From NCBI RefSeq assembly GCF_009914755.1, contig NC_060943.1: 64,000 nt of DNA; one strand, written 5' to 3'. Numbering within the stretch: position 1 is the stretch's first letter; each line of letters begins with the position of its first letter. Both the position numbers and the translations under genes were made by a program. The notes under the pieces are model-generated. The model saw only the letters and a program-made list of their open reading frames with translations, had not been told where the DNA came from and searched no databases. Of the stretch, positions 28,330 through 43,161 are shown in pieces. The stretch comes from the human T2T-CHM13v2.0 reference genome, Homo sapiens.

Positions 28330-30010
28330 AATTGTTCTAATTAGATCAAACCTCTATAGTAAACAGTTCAAAAATTATAGTGTCAGGGAATCATCTTCAT
28401 GGTTGCTGGACTTGTCATCAACATCCCCAGGATCTAGAGTTCCATCTTCTGGCCTATCTGGAAAACCTCACAGACATCTACCCAGTACTTCTAACTAACC
28501 ATAGCAATCCCAAAGTACCAAAACCCCTACTTATTCAGTGGAACTCTCCTTCACTTAATGGATTCCACCTGAATGTCCCCTTCCACACTTGCCATTATAC
28601 CTGGACTTGAAAAGTTGAGTATATCTCCAGTGCATTAATGATTCTTTTGCACTCACTACTATGTTAATGACACAAAAGCAGACGTTTCCCTGTGATGCTC
28701 TGATCTAACTATAGTTACCAAGTTTCCAAGGCAACAGCAAGGTAAATGGTATTTCACTTGTAGGCAAGAAGACCATATATGATGTCTTCTCCCAGACCAG
28801 AACACACGGGAAAAAATGACTGCCTAATCTGGGAGGGTGGGAGTACTATTCGCTTCTGGAAAACAAGGTTTGTTTGACCACCCCCATTGGAACAGGGGAA
28901 GAATATCTCTATAGACCCAACTTGGCAGCAAAGGATAGACATTACACCCTGTAGGACCTCTATGCTCCAACTGGACTCATTTTTGTTTGTGGCCATGAAT
29001 GAGAAGTCACATGCTGTAACTACTCCTGGCTCCCCAGGGAGCCATCTGTTCTTTTAGGAGTAGCTTTCCCTTATATATCAAAAACTTGGAACAAAGATAA
29101 ATGTATGTTGACCACCCTTGCCCCTCCAAGGGTCACAGTCTATAACCCAATAAGGCCCAGGAACACCAGAAGTCAACAAGCAATAGGATTAATTCTGGTG
29201 GGAATCAGGGCAGCCATAGGACAAGCAGCACCCTAGGGTGGCTTTGCCTACCACAAGTCAACCCTAAAGAACTTGACTCAAACTCTAGAATCCTTAGCCA
29301 CCAACACAGGTTAGGCACTACCAGCAATTCAAGAATCTCTAGACTCTTTGGCAAATGCAGTTCTCAATAACACACTGGCATTAGATTATCTACTAGCGGA
29401 ACAAGGTAAAGTCTGTGCAGTTAATAAAACCTGCTGCACATATATTAGCAACTCTGGATAGGTTAACATTCAAAAGATCTATAAGCAAGTGACCCTGTTA
29501 TGTATATTTTCTTTGGCTCTTGCTTGTTTAACCTCTTAGTAAAGTTTGTGTTTTCTAGATCAATAGTCCCCAACCTTTTTGGCATCAGGGACCAGTTTCA
29601 TGGAAGACAATTTTTCTATGGATGGGGTATGTGGGGCTGGGGCTGGGGGCTGGTCTCAGGATGAAACTCTTCCACCTCAGATCATCAGGTACTAGATTTT
29701 CATAAGGAGTGTGCAACCCCAGTCCCTTGCATGCACAGTTTATGATAAGGTTAGCACCCCTATGAGAATCTAATGCTGCCACTGATCTGGCAGGAGGTGG
29801 AGCTCAGGCAGTAATGCTCACTCACCTGCCACTCACCTCCTACTGTGCAGCCCAGTTCCTAACAGGACATGGACCAGTATCCACAGGAGAGGGGTTGGGG
29901 TATCCTGTTCTAGTTCCAGGTAAAGACAATGCTGGCACAAGGCTTCCAACCCATCCTTGTCTACTATTCCAGAGAATGGAAGTGTCCTTCCTTTGGGGAC
30001 CTTATATGTG
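28330..30010 (+). pseudogene. Decayed gammaretrovirus-type env, ERV-V/EnvV-like
   Basis: SKIIVSGNHLHGCWTCH (CXXC 28404-28415), RSQQ|AIGLILVGIRAAIGQAAP*GGFAYH, LDSLANAVLNNTLALDYLLAEQGKVCAVNKTCC, CLFNLLVKFV; multiple stops. Confidence 0.88.
29561..29907 (-). mobile_element. MER1B-like hAT-Charlie DNA transposon nested in env
   Basis: CA..GTCCCCAACC / GGTTGGGG...CTG termini; 8-bp TSD TTCTAGAT / TTCTAGTT. Confidence 0.88.
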
Positions 30011-30129
30011 GTATCCAGGGATGTTTACTCCTTTAGTGCTAGGCAGGGCCTAGGCCCACAAAATCAGCAGCAAGCAGTCACAGAGCCCCCTTAAGATTAA
30101 AGAGGAGTATCTAATCTCTGATGGGAGAG

Positions 30130-30540
30130 TGAGATAGGAGGCAGGACTCCATACCAGACTGAAGACTGGCTGAAACAGGGAACAGGCACCAAGAGCATAT
30201 CTACATAATACACACCCACCAGTGCCATGGCAGTTTACCATCACCATGACAACACCCGGAAATTACCATCCCTTTTCTAGAAATTTCCAAATAACCCACC
30301 CTTTGCATGTAGTTAAAAGCGGGTATAAATATGATTGCAGAGCTGCCCCCTGAGCTGATACTCGACACACTGCCTATGGGGTTGCCCTGCTCTGTAGGAG
30401 CAGCCACAGAGTTGTAACCCTGCTGCCTCAACAAAGCTATTTTCCATCTACCACTAGCTTGCTCTTGAATTCTTTCCTGAGTGAAGCCAAGAACCTTCTT
30501 GGACTAAGCCCCAATTTTGGGGCTCACCTGCCCTACAACG
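30130..30540 (+). mobile_element. ERV1 3' LTR, LTR19-like
   Basis: Purine-rich tract then TGAGATAGGAGGCAGG; TATAAA; ends GCTAAGCCCCAATTTTGGGGCTC-like; family from memory. Confidence 0.7.
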
Positions 30541-30666
30541 CCACCTGATGTCCTACCTCTGTGCTTTCTAAAACCATCTCCCTTACCACTGGAAGAATAT
30601 AACTTAGGCCTCAGGAAATGAGGATAATTCATGCTGACATAAGGAGCTCTTTAAAAAATAAAAAAG

Positions 30667-31020
<354 letters not shown>

Positions 31021-31392
31021 CTAGCTCAGCCCCTTCTTCGAGAATAATCCACTACCCACAGTCCTGTTAACCAATCTCTGGGGATACCTGACCCAACCAG
31101 GCTAGATCAAGTTTTCTTGCCTGAATTCTGGAATAAGGACCTCAGACAGAGGGCAGAGTGTGCTGGGCACTAGGGTGAGGATTTGTGTTTAAAGGGCTGT
31201 TTCTACCCCAGTGATCCCCAGTGCAGACACAGGGAGACCAGGCAAAAGCATGTGAGACCAAAACAGAGAATACAACAGGACCTGTGGGTAGAGGGAGAAG
31301 GGCTTGAGATGCCTTTCTCACCAGGCAGTATGTGCAAGAGGATGGAATCAGAGGACTAGGGTCACCCACATGGGACAGAAATAAAGCTTTAC

Positions 31393-31519
31393 CCAGCAAG
31401 ACCAAGAGCCCACAGTTCTGCAGCCTCACATCTTGGTGCAGTGTCCTCTGGGCCAGGCCCAAATATCCACATTTCTACCAGATGAAGGTCAGGGCCATGA
31501 CCTTGAAAGGCACCAATGC
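31393..31519 (-). pseudogene. Orphan KRAB-A pseudo-exon (ZNF550-like), 127 nt, in-frame TAG
   Basis: AG/GT intact; ALVPFKVMALTFIW*KCGYLGLAQRTLHQDVRLQNCGLLVLL; flanking intron similar to ZNF550 16780-17500. Confidence 0.88.
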
Positions 31520-32512
31520 CTGGCAAGTCAAACAGAAAGTTGACCTCAGACTGTTAGATATTAGAACCTATTGCTTGGTCACTGGGAAAGGCACAGAGAA
31601 CCAGGACATCTGAGGGTTGAGCTCCATGTAGGGCACAAGGGTGAGGGACACTGCCTCTGAAAATAGGGTAACTGTGGCAGAGGATAAAGCCTATGATGGG
31701 GGATGTCATTTCCAAGTTAAGGTTTCTGCTACCCAGGCTCCTTCTGATTCTCTACCTCCCACATGTCCTCCTGCACTCACATTAAATCATCCCAAGTAAT
31801 CCTCCAGGTTGCTTGCCTGGCTCCATGCTCTGACAATCATGCTGCAGAATGGAGCTGTTCCCTCTAAGCCAGGCTATGCCTACACTGTCACACCTTGTAC
31901 AAGGAGATTGTGTGTGTTGTAAAAATAGACACAGCCAGTTACTAGATGTGTAGATGCACTTTTACCACAGGCACATTTGTTTTGCTATTACCTCCTCCAC
32001 TTTCTATTAATCATACCCAAAATTTCTGTACCAATTATGTCCCATGCTTAGCTCCCATCAGCTTGAGTACCACCATCTATGGAATCATGGGCATCAGGGC
32101 ACATAGGTTCCTTTGCAGAAGCTGGGAAAAAGCTTCGTCTCAACAGTGCTGGGCATTACAGCCTGTAGAACAATGCAATAAATCCATCTTATTCCCTAAA
32201 GCACAGGAGCCTGTCATAACAGCCGACTTGTCCTCAGGATGACCTCTGGTCCAGAGAAAGTGTAGGGATCCAGGCCATAAATTAGGACAACAAAATTCTT
32301 GCATTGTTTCCTAGGAGGCCTTGAGCAGCAAGGCAAAGTGGACTAAAACCAGAACAAGAACTACTGTCATTTTACTTTTCCTGCACAGGCCAGCAACATT
32401 GGGGCCCCACAAAAGCTGTCCATGCCTTTATGTAGGAGCCCAAATGTGTTTTCCAGCCACCTCACACAGTAAACCAAACCCTAAGACCACACATAGATTT
32501 AAAAATAAGGCC

Positions 32513-32518
32513 TTTATT
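32513..32518 (-). terminator. ZNF416: Poly(A) signal AATAAA, candidate for ZNF416
   Basis: TTTATT on + strand; same position in the alignment as ZIK1 AATAAA 52735-52740. Confidence 0.65.
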
Positions 32519-33046
32519 ACCACACAAACCAGAGCAATGTGAGGCAGCCAGTTACTAGGTGGTGACTTGGAGGCTGGAAAAACTACCAAGTGTTGTGTGA
32601 AAACAAGAATTTCCATGAAGGGAAGCCTTCCACATCAGCTTCCAGCAGAACCCAGGCTGGGCCCTTCTGGCCAAAACTGGTCAGATGTATGCTGTAATCA
32701 GTCAGAAAAGGGAAGGAATTCCCCTTAAAGGCTCAGACTGCTCAAGGAATTTCCTCCAAGGGTTGGGAGAACACAGGTGTATCTGCCTCGCCTTAGTATG
32801 CAAGGGTGACTAATGATTTAACTCTGGCAAAGGCCTCCAGCAGTTTAGAACATGCAAAGGAGCTCCTGCAAGACACATATGCCTGGAACTAATGGGAGTC
32901 TGACCCATCGGGAGGTCTAGAAGTATGAGGTTTAACTTTAGGCAGACGGCTCCTTCACAAAGGCTCTCTATAGCCATAACACTGAAGAAAGACATGGCAC
33001 ATTCCCTGCAGGTCTAAGGCTTTTCTCAGGTTTGGAGTTTCAAGAG

Positions 33047-34629
33047 TTAAACAATGTTAGATCTTGGGCTGTAGGGTTTTCCACATTTGCTGCTGTCACG
33101 AGGCCTCTCCACAGTGTGAGATTTTCGGTGGAGAATGAGGCCAGAGTGTTGTGTAAAGGACTTCCCACATTTGCCACACTCATATGGCCTTTCTCCTGTG
33201 TGAACCACTTGGTGTTGAATGAGGCTAGACTTTTGGATAAAGGATTTCCCGCACTGTCCACAGTCGTAAGGCCTTAATCCAGTGTGAATTTTCTGGTGTT
33301 CAACGAGGGTATAGCTTTGTCTAAAAAATTTCCCACATTCACTGCACTCAAAAGGCCTTTCTCCAGTGTGAGTTCTCTGGTGCCTAACAAGTTTAGATTT
33401 GAACATAAAAGCTTTCCCACATTCCCCACATACATAAGGCCTTTCTGCAGTGTGAACTTTGTGGTGTTTATTGAGGGTGGTTCTTTGGCTAAAGGATTTT
33501 CCGCACTCATCACACTCAAAGGGCCTAGCTCCACTGTGAATTAACTGGTGCTGAATGAGGCCACACTTTAGGCTAAATGATTTCCCACACTGGCCACACT
33601 CATAAGGCCTTGCTGTAGTGTGAATTCTCTGGTGTACAACAAGGCTGAAGCTTTGTCTGAATAATTTCCCACATTCACCACACTCATATGGCTTTTCTCC
33701 TGTGTGAGTTCTCTGGTGTCGAACAAGAGTGGATTTGGACCCAAAGGCTTTTCCACATTCATCACACTCATAAGGCCTTTCTCCAGTGTGAATTCTGCAA
33801 TGTTCAATAAGGTTGGAACTTTGGCTAAAAGATTTCCCACATTCACCACACTCGTAAGGCCTTTCTCCAGTGTGAACTCTGTGATGTTTAATGAGGGTGG
33901 CTCTTTGGCTAAATGATTTCCCACACTGACCACACACATAAGGCCTTTCTCCAGTGTGGATTCTCCGATGATCATTCAGATGAGAGGTTTGGCTAAAAGA
34001 TTTCCCACATTCACTGCACTCATAAGGCCTTTCTCCAGGGTGGACTCTTTGCAGCTGAACAAGGGAGCACTCACAGCAGCAGGCTTTCCCACATTTGCTA
34101 GATTCATAAAGCCTTTTTCCAGTGCAGACTCTAGGGTGAAAAAAAGTGTGTTTGTGGCTGGACTCTCTCCTGCATTGACTCCACTTGTAATGACTTATTC
34201 CAACATGAAAGGCCTCCTCACATTTGCTGATTTTGTTTGGCTTCTCATAGTTAGCAATAGCTTGCGGCTGAAGAATGCCCAATGGGGCTAGGAAGTCCTT
34301 CCCAACCTCACTGCTGGTGAAAGGCATTCCTGACTCATGGAACAGGCAGCACTGCACAAATGAGGCCTTGTCCATGTCACTTTCCAAGGGTTTCTCTGCA
34401 CTATGATGCTTCTGGTCCTGGTGAAAGACCGCACATGCCCCAGTCAAGTATAGTTCCTGCCCAGGCAAATCGGTCAGGTGCAAAATGTCGGTCAGGAATG
34501 GGACACACATGTCACAGGATTGAATCTTCTGGGTGGATGGACTGGCCTCTGGAGTCCTGACCTGAGGTACTCCTTCTACAGAAACACTTTGCTCAGGTGT
34601 CTCTTCATCCTCCATCCCATGCCAACAAA
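33047..34629 (-). CDS. ZNF416: ZNF416 coding exon 4: spacer, 11 intact C2H2 fingers plus degenerate ones
   Basis: CTTTCAG acceptor, G|TT TGT TGG ([10 protein letters not shown]); four exons sum to 1785 nt = 594 aa. Confidence 0.96.
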
Positions 34630-34741
34630 CTGAAAGCAGAGAAACACTGATGAAATGCACGTTGACTATGATGGGAGTGTATTAGTCATTTAAAAAACTA
34701 TTTTCTGAATAATTGGTGTTCTGACATCTTAAAAACTTTGC

Positions 34742-35473
<732 letters not shown>

Positions 35474-36102
35474 AGGAAATGGGAAGCACCTTCACATATA
35501 CATCAAGGAATGAATTCACAGTATTGCTTTGAAGCAATATTGAGGAACTGAAAGCAGGATAAGAAAGAGGCTGCTTGGCAGTAGTGGGCCTCTAAAGATC
35601 ACAAAATGGGGAGGCCTCACCAAACACAGGACGTAAGAATGGGGTACAGTACACAAGGAGAGGCAGGGTCTCCAATCTATTCTTTTGCCAAATCCTGTGG
35701 CAAGATCTTGTCAGCTGGTGGCACGTGTATGCTGTGCTGAAAGCTGGCATTATTCGGGCCCAAGATAATGCAATTGGAAGTGAGTGGGAGATTCCAATTG
35801 CGATCTTGTGTTCAAGAAATATTTAATTGGCATGTGCACAACTCACAACATATCGTGAGTGGGTCAGTGTTGGAAAACATGCTGGGGGGCAGTGCAGAGA
35901 AACTGGTGACACATGGAGGGCAGGAAGATGGGGGCAGCACGAGGCCGGATGTCCCAGATGAAGCAATAAGCCAGCAAAGTGTCAAGGAAGAGGAAGAAAA
36001 CATAGAAATGAGATGTGTCCAGTGGCATTAGCACCAAACTCTGGATGACACAGGGCAAATTCCTGGTAAGATTAGAAAACAGGCTGGATGCCATGTCCTC
36101 AC

Positions 36103-36228
36103 CCAGGTGCCACTGACTGAGGCCAGGCTTCCTCTGAAGCCATATTCCCATCTTCACCCTTTCCAACAACCAGGGCTTTCCCACCACCTCTAGATGTGCC
36201 ACTACTTGGGACCTGAATGAAGCAAGTC
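36103..36228 (-). other. ZNF416: Cryptic in-frame KRAB-B-like exon in ZNF416 intron 3
   Basis: GCTTTCCCTTAG acceptor; GLASFRSQVVAHLEVVGKPWLLERVKM; phase-1 GT donors after 36118 (111 nt) or 36103 (126 nt); no stop. Confidence 0.65.
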
Positions 36229-36573
36229 CTAAGGGAAAGCTGGGACAGGTGAGTATCCTGCAGTGGCCCAGAGCAAGTCAGCAGCCTTGAGAACACAAGA
36301 AAGAAAATTAATATCACACAGATCCTTGAAGGAGGTTCTGGCAACCACAGCTCATGGTCCATGTAAATACTGATGAGGAAAATTCTGCAAATTCCTAACA
36401 CAGGTAGTCAAAGGAAATGTCATCTAGGAGGCAGAATTTGAGACACAAAGTACCATGAATATGGACACAGCCACCCAAAGAGGAAGTGAAGAAGTAAACG
36501 GAGATGCATTAGGCTGACTCAAGACACCTAACAGCCAGACCCATCCCTGTGCATTTTGGGACAGCAAATGTCA

Positions 36574-36888
<315 letters not shown>

Positions 36889-38984
36889 TCAGATTCTCTC
36901 CTAGGACCCCAAGTTCATGCCCCCCACACATCCTTTCCCTGCTTATCCCCATACCTAAGCCCCACCTCAGAGGAGATACCAAGACCTGGTGGCACTGATT
37001 CCTGCCCTCTCCTCATGGTCCCATCATCACTGTGTCTTCCCACAGCACCAACAGGCAGGTGGGCCAGGAAATGCCATTTTAAACTCTGGGTCTAGCATAT
37101 AGGGCTGGATTTTGTCTTGTCAGACAGTTCTCCTGGGGTTTCCAAAATTATGCCACTCACATACAAACAATGATGAGGTTTGCCATCATTCTTATATCCT
37201 CAATGCCATGGCCATGGGTTGTTCAGTTCACACTTCCTCTCCATATGCACATCACTCTTTGAAGCACACACTCTCTCAAACAATCTCACTCCCACGGCTA
37301 TTTCCACCCTGTTGCCCCACACCATAGGCATCTCTCTGGCATCCCCACGATAGTTGGAATGCAACATTCAGAAAGTGCTTGGCAAACTGAAATGAGGTCC
37401 GGTGCCACTCAGGCTGAATGGTCCCCACTGCCAAAGGCAGCCCTTCAGAGACCCTGCTCTGAAGGCCTCCCTGCCTGACTCTGTCCCTTTCTACATCCTC
37501 AGTCACCCAGAAATACCTGGGGATCTGACACTGATGGCCCTCTTGCACTAGCGCTGCACTTGATGTCCTCTCTTAAGTCACAGCCTTCCTCTCCTGCTAA
37601 CCCTCATTCAAAGTCTGCCCCAGGGGACCCCCACACCTCAGGCCCAATAACTCCCAGATGACCACCTGTGCCCCTCAACTTATCCACCTCCCTGAAATTC
37701 CTGACACCTCAAGGGTTGCCACAAAACCCTGGTAGATATATCCAGAGTGCTGAGTAAGCACTAGTTCTGGTCTCAGTGTCATCTTGTCTCAATTACTTCC
37801 AAGCATTGATCTCATGCCCACTCTTCTCCTAGATCCTTGGCCACTTGCCAGATCATCCTTGCTCTCACACCCTACCATAGCCACCTCTCTCCCATACCTG
37901 TCTTTGTGATTCCCACCATGACCAACCATGTCCCCAAGCAGGAGAGCCAGTAGTGACCCCCAACCTTCCTTCCCTGGGCTGGTAATAGCATTACCAAAGT
38001 GATCACGATTCCACCTCCTAATTGTGTCCCAAGCTATACCCCTAGGCAAGTAGTGGCCACCACCTTTTAAATGTCTCTATCCTGAATCCCTCAACACAGT
38101 TCTAGTCCTGTAGGATAAACTATCCACTTCATGTCTAAACTAACTGTTCTTTGAAACATCTCAGACTCTAAAAGATGTCCCATTGGGCCATGTTCAGATG
38201 ATTTTTATTAAAAAATTTTAAAAATAAAGATGGTCCATATCAAAATTTCTGATTATCTCTAGAGATAACTGACTCTACTACCAACTTTACAATCCTCGCT
38301 AGTGGAGCTTCCATATTTCCAGCTGCTAAACCCAAACACCTTGCTTTTACCCCTAAATCCTACTTTTCTATCTCAAAATCCAGGCTTCCCTACTTAAAAA
38401 AACTGATCTAAAATCCAACTACCACCTCCACAGCCACCACACAAGTCCAGCCACCAGTAACACTCACCTGGACTACTGCAGCAGCCTTCTTCACTATCTT
38501 CCTATCTCATACCTCACACTCAGCCTGTTCTCTCAGCTTGGCCACACACAGGGAACCTGATGAGACCTGGATCAGATCACATACCTCCTCTGCCCCCAAA
38601 CTGTCATTGCTCATCACACACTCCAGAAGAAACACCCGACAACTGACAGCCATTTTTTGTCTGATTCCTGCATCCCAGCTTTCAGTTCCCATGAGAAAGA
38701 AAACAGCTGTAGTTTCCTAAACCAGCTCAGCCTGACCTTCAAGCACTTGCTCATCTGGTATCTAAGCCTGAGACAACGTTCCACACCTTACTTTACTGGT
38801 TCCCAGCAATAGGAACCATTCTATACCAGCTTCCAGCCTGGATGTATGACCCTGGGACTGATGTTTGTTCAGGATTCCTAGAACCAAGGACCCAAAGAGT
38901 GCCAAGAGAAGAGTCCCAGAACACAATCTCAGAGACAAACACTGGGGTCAGCATCAGTGAGGGCCCGAAACACTCTCCACTCAC

Positions 38985-39026
38985 CTGTGTAAAGCCCATA
39001 AGTTTAGCTTCTGCAGTCACGGGAAC
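38985..39026 (-). CDS. ZNF416: ZNF416 coding exon 2 (42 nt, VPVTAEAKLMGFTQ)
   Basis: TTCCCGCAG acceptor, CAG|GTGAG donor, phase 0/0. Confidence 0.9.
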
Positions 39027-39399
39027 CTGCGGGAAGAGGAAGGCTATGAGAGGCAGGTAACTATGGTGGAAGCTCCATGGGCTGATGCCTCCTTGTTTCC
39101 CTGCGCAGCCCTGGAGCCAGGTGACTTGGTGATGACTAAATTATTATTGCTCCTCAGTTCCGTGTGACTCTTACCTGCTGTGGGACCTTGCACAAGGACT
39201 CAACTTCCCTGTGCCTCGGTGTTATCCCCCTTCCAGGCTGTTCCAACTCTGAGTAACTTTAGAAAAAATTTGAAAAGTCTAACTCAGACCATGTGCCTCG
39301 TCTGTTCACAACCACCCATGGCTCTCAGCGTCTTGAAAAGAAAGAGCCTCATTTTACCATTCGGGCGTGAACGTTACTGGCTCAATCGTCCCAGCAAGA

Positions 39400-40090
39400 T
39401 TCACAGAAACCGGCCCCTCCGCCTGCCACACCCTCCACAGCCCACGACACCAGGCTTGTAAATGGGAGCCCCACCCGCGAGGGCCTCATAGTCCTGGACT
39501 CTAGGGTCGGGCTGCAGGGACGCAAGCAGGCGCCCCTCATGCAGGGTGTTGGATTTCCGGCGGAGAGGGCAGGTGAGGCCCGGGAGACGCAGCACTCACC
39601 GAAGTCGAATCCCTAAGCACGGCCGCCGCCATCGGATTGTGAGCGGAGCGGGGCCGGGAGCGGCGGGCGACCCGGGGCGGGAACCCAGGCACGGCTGCCA
39701 CCAGCGCCAGCGACCCACCGGCTGATGCGCAGCGGGGCGACCCCCGCTCTGTGCCGGAGGCAGCGTTTCTAACTCAGGCGGCGTGGGCCGAGGTAGAGAA
39801 CCACCAAAATTACCATCTCGGAGCGGTGCCGGAAGTCCCGCCTTACCGTATGCAACAAACGGAGACAGGTCCGTTCCTGAACGTTGATTGGCTCCGCGTC
39901 TTTGCAGCTTGGCGCTCGGCATTATGGGTAATGTAGTTCTCAGAAGCCCAGGGTTCCGGTGCCCTCCCTGAGATTCACCCGGAACAAGGGCTAAGCGGCC
40001 CGCGGAGGGCGCTAGGAAAAGGCGCGACACCAAGAGCGAGACAGGGACTTGCTGCTCCTTAAAGGGGCCGCTGGCCGATTTCCGCAGTCC
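39400..40090. promoter_or_regulatory. ZNF416: ZNF416 CpG-island promoter
   Basis: CCGGAAGTCCCGCC 39829-39842; CCAAT (- strand) 39887-39891; ACTACATTACCCATAATGCC (- strand) 39918-39937. Confidence 0.85.
39600..39632 (-). CDS. ZNF416: ZNF416 coding exon 1 (MAAAVLRDSTS)
   Basis: ATG 39632, TCG|GTGAG donor. Confidence 0.93.
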
Positions 40091-40099
40091 CATACCCAC

Positions 40100-40651
40100 T
40101 GAAGGGAGTGTCTGGGTTAAGATAAGAGGTTGTAGAGACCAAGGTTCTTATTAAGCAGATGAAGCTTTCACGCAGCAGGCTTCAGAGGGAATAGATTGTA
40201 AATGTTTCCTATCAGACTTTGAAAGGTGCCAGACTCTTAATTCTTTCCTGGACCATGAAAATAAAAAAACCCTGGAGAGGAAAGGGGATTCTCAGCAAAA
40301 TGCAGATTCCACAAGACACACCTTTGCAGGGCCTCTTCAAAATATGTCAAATAAATAAAGTTTAGAGTAAAATACTTCAATTCCTTTCAGGGCCTGCTAT
40401 CTGTCATGTAATGCTATACTACAATCAGGCTGGAATTCACTGTCTTATTGCTACAAGAAGTCTTAAAATCTCTGTTTTAATGTTAATGCTGGTCAGTTGT
40501 GCCTGAATTCCAAGGGGAGGAGGGCAAGTCTGACCCTCACTTCCCATCACGTCCTGAACTAGTTTTTCAGATTAACTTTGGAATGCCCTTGGCCAAGAGG
40601 AAGGATGCATTCAGATGGTTGGGGGGCTGGGAATTTTATTTTTGGTTTACA
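40100..40651 (-). mobile_element. MER4-family ERV1 LTR (partial)
   Basis: - strand begins TGTAAACCAAAAATAAAATTC...CCCCCCAACCATCTGAATG. Confidence 0.75.
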
Positions 40652-40914
40652 CTTCTCATGCCTCTTGGAATCTCTGAACCACATACAACGGCCATTTGTT
40701 GAGTAAAAGCTTCCAATGCAGGAAACTGTCTCTTTCAGCCTCATGCTATACACCATTAAAACAGTAATTACTGGCAATAAGACTGGGCTTTCTTAAACAT
40801 ACAGGATCTCACAGACCATAAGCCTATGATCCTTCATACCAGCTGCCCATAATACTTTTGGTTTTGGAAGCAGCACCCCATAACCTCAGCATGGCTACCA
40901 AGGCCTCCTTAAGA

Positions 40915-42445
<1,531 letters not shown>

Positions 42446-43161
42446 AAGACAGGATGGAGCTAAACCTGGGCCCTCTGGAATGTTCTACCTGCAGATGGAG
42501 CTGGCCTCCACTATCTTCAGTCCCTTGCTAGATGTCATGGTCCTTGAGGTCAACACTCCCCACACCTGCGGAATCCCTTGGGATTAACTGGGTGAACAGT
42601 AATCGAAGTTAGTGGACTATATGAATGACGCTGCCAAGCTATACTTGAATAGCTGTGCCAAATAGACAAACACAGAAAGAAAACACAAAACAACCCATCC
42701 ACATCCTAAGGGCTTCACACTTTCTTGCACTCTATCTTCAATGTTTTTTCAGCTTTCTCTTTAGGTACTTATTGACTGTTGGTCTCACATAAGTTTAGCC
42801 ATAGATGGAATTTATTACTGCTTTGTGACCACTGGCAGCCTCCCTCATCTCTGGCTGGGCTTCTCCCTGAAGGACTGGGCCTCAGGAGTAGGTGGGTCAT
42901 TTGTCCCCTGGGCATGCCACACAGAGCAGGTTTTCCGAACTAGGCTATCCCTCCTCCCCAAGTTATCCAGGCAATTCCGCTAGTTCTATGCCTAGATGGA
43001 CACACATGCTTGAAGTTTGGGGAGCCATGTTTGATGTGATGTGGCAACTCTGAAAGGACAGTGAGGGTGAGGGCAGGTGTTAGGTGGCCATTGTGGGGGC
43101 TGCTGGCCTCTGGGACCAGAGGGTAATGAGGTGCACAACCGTGTCACCTAGAGGGTGCCAG

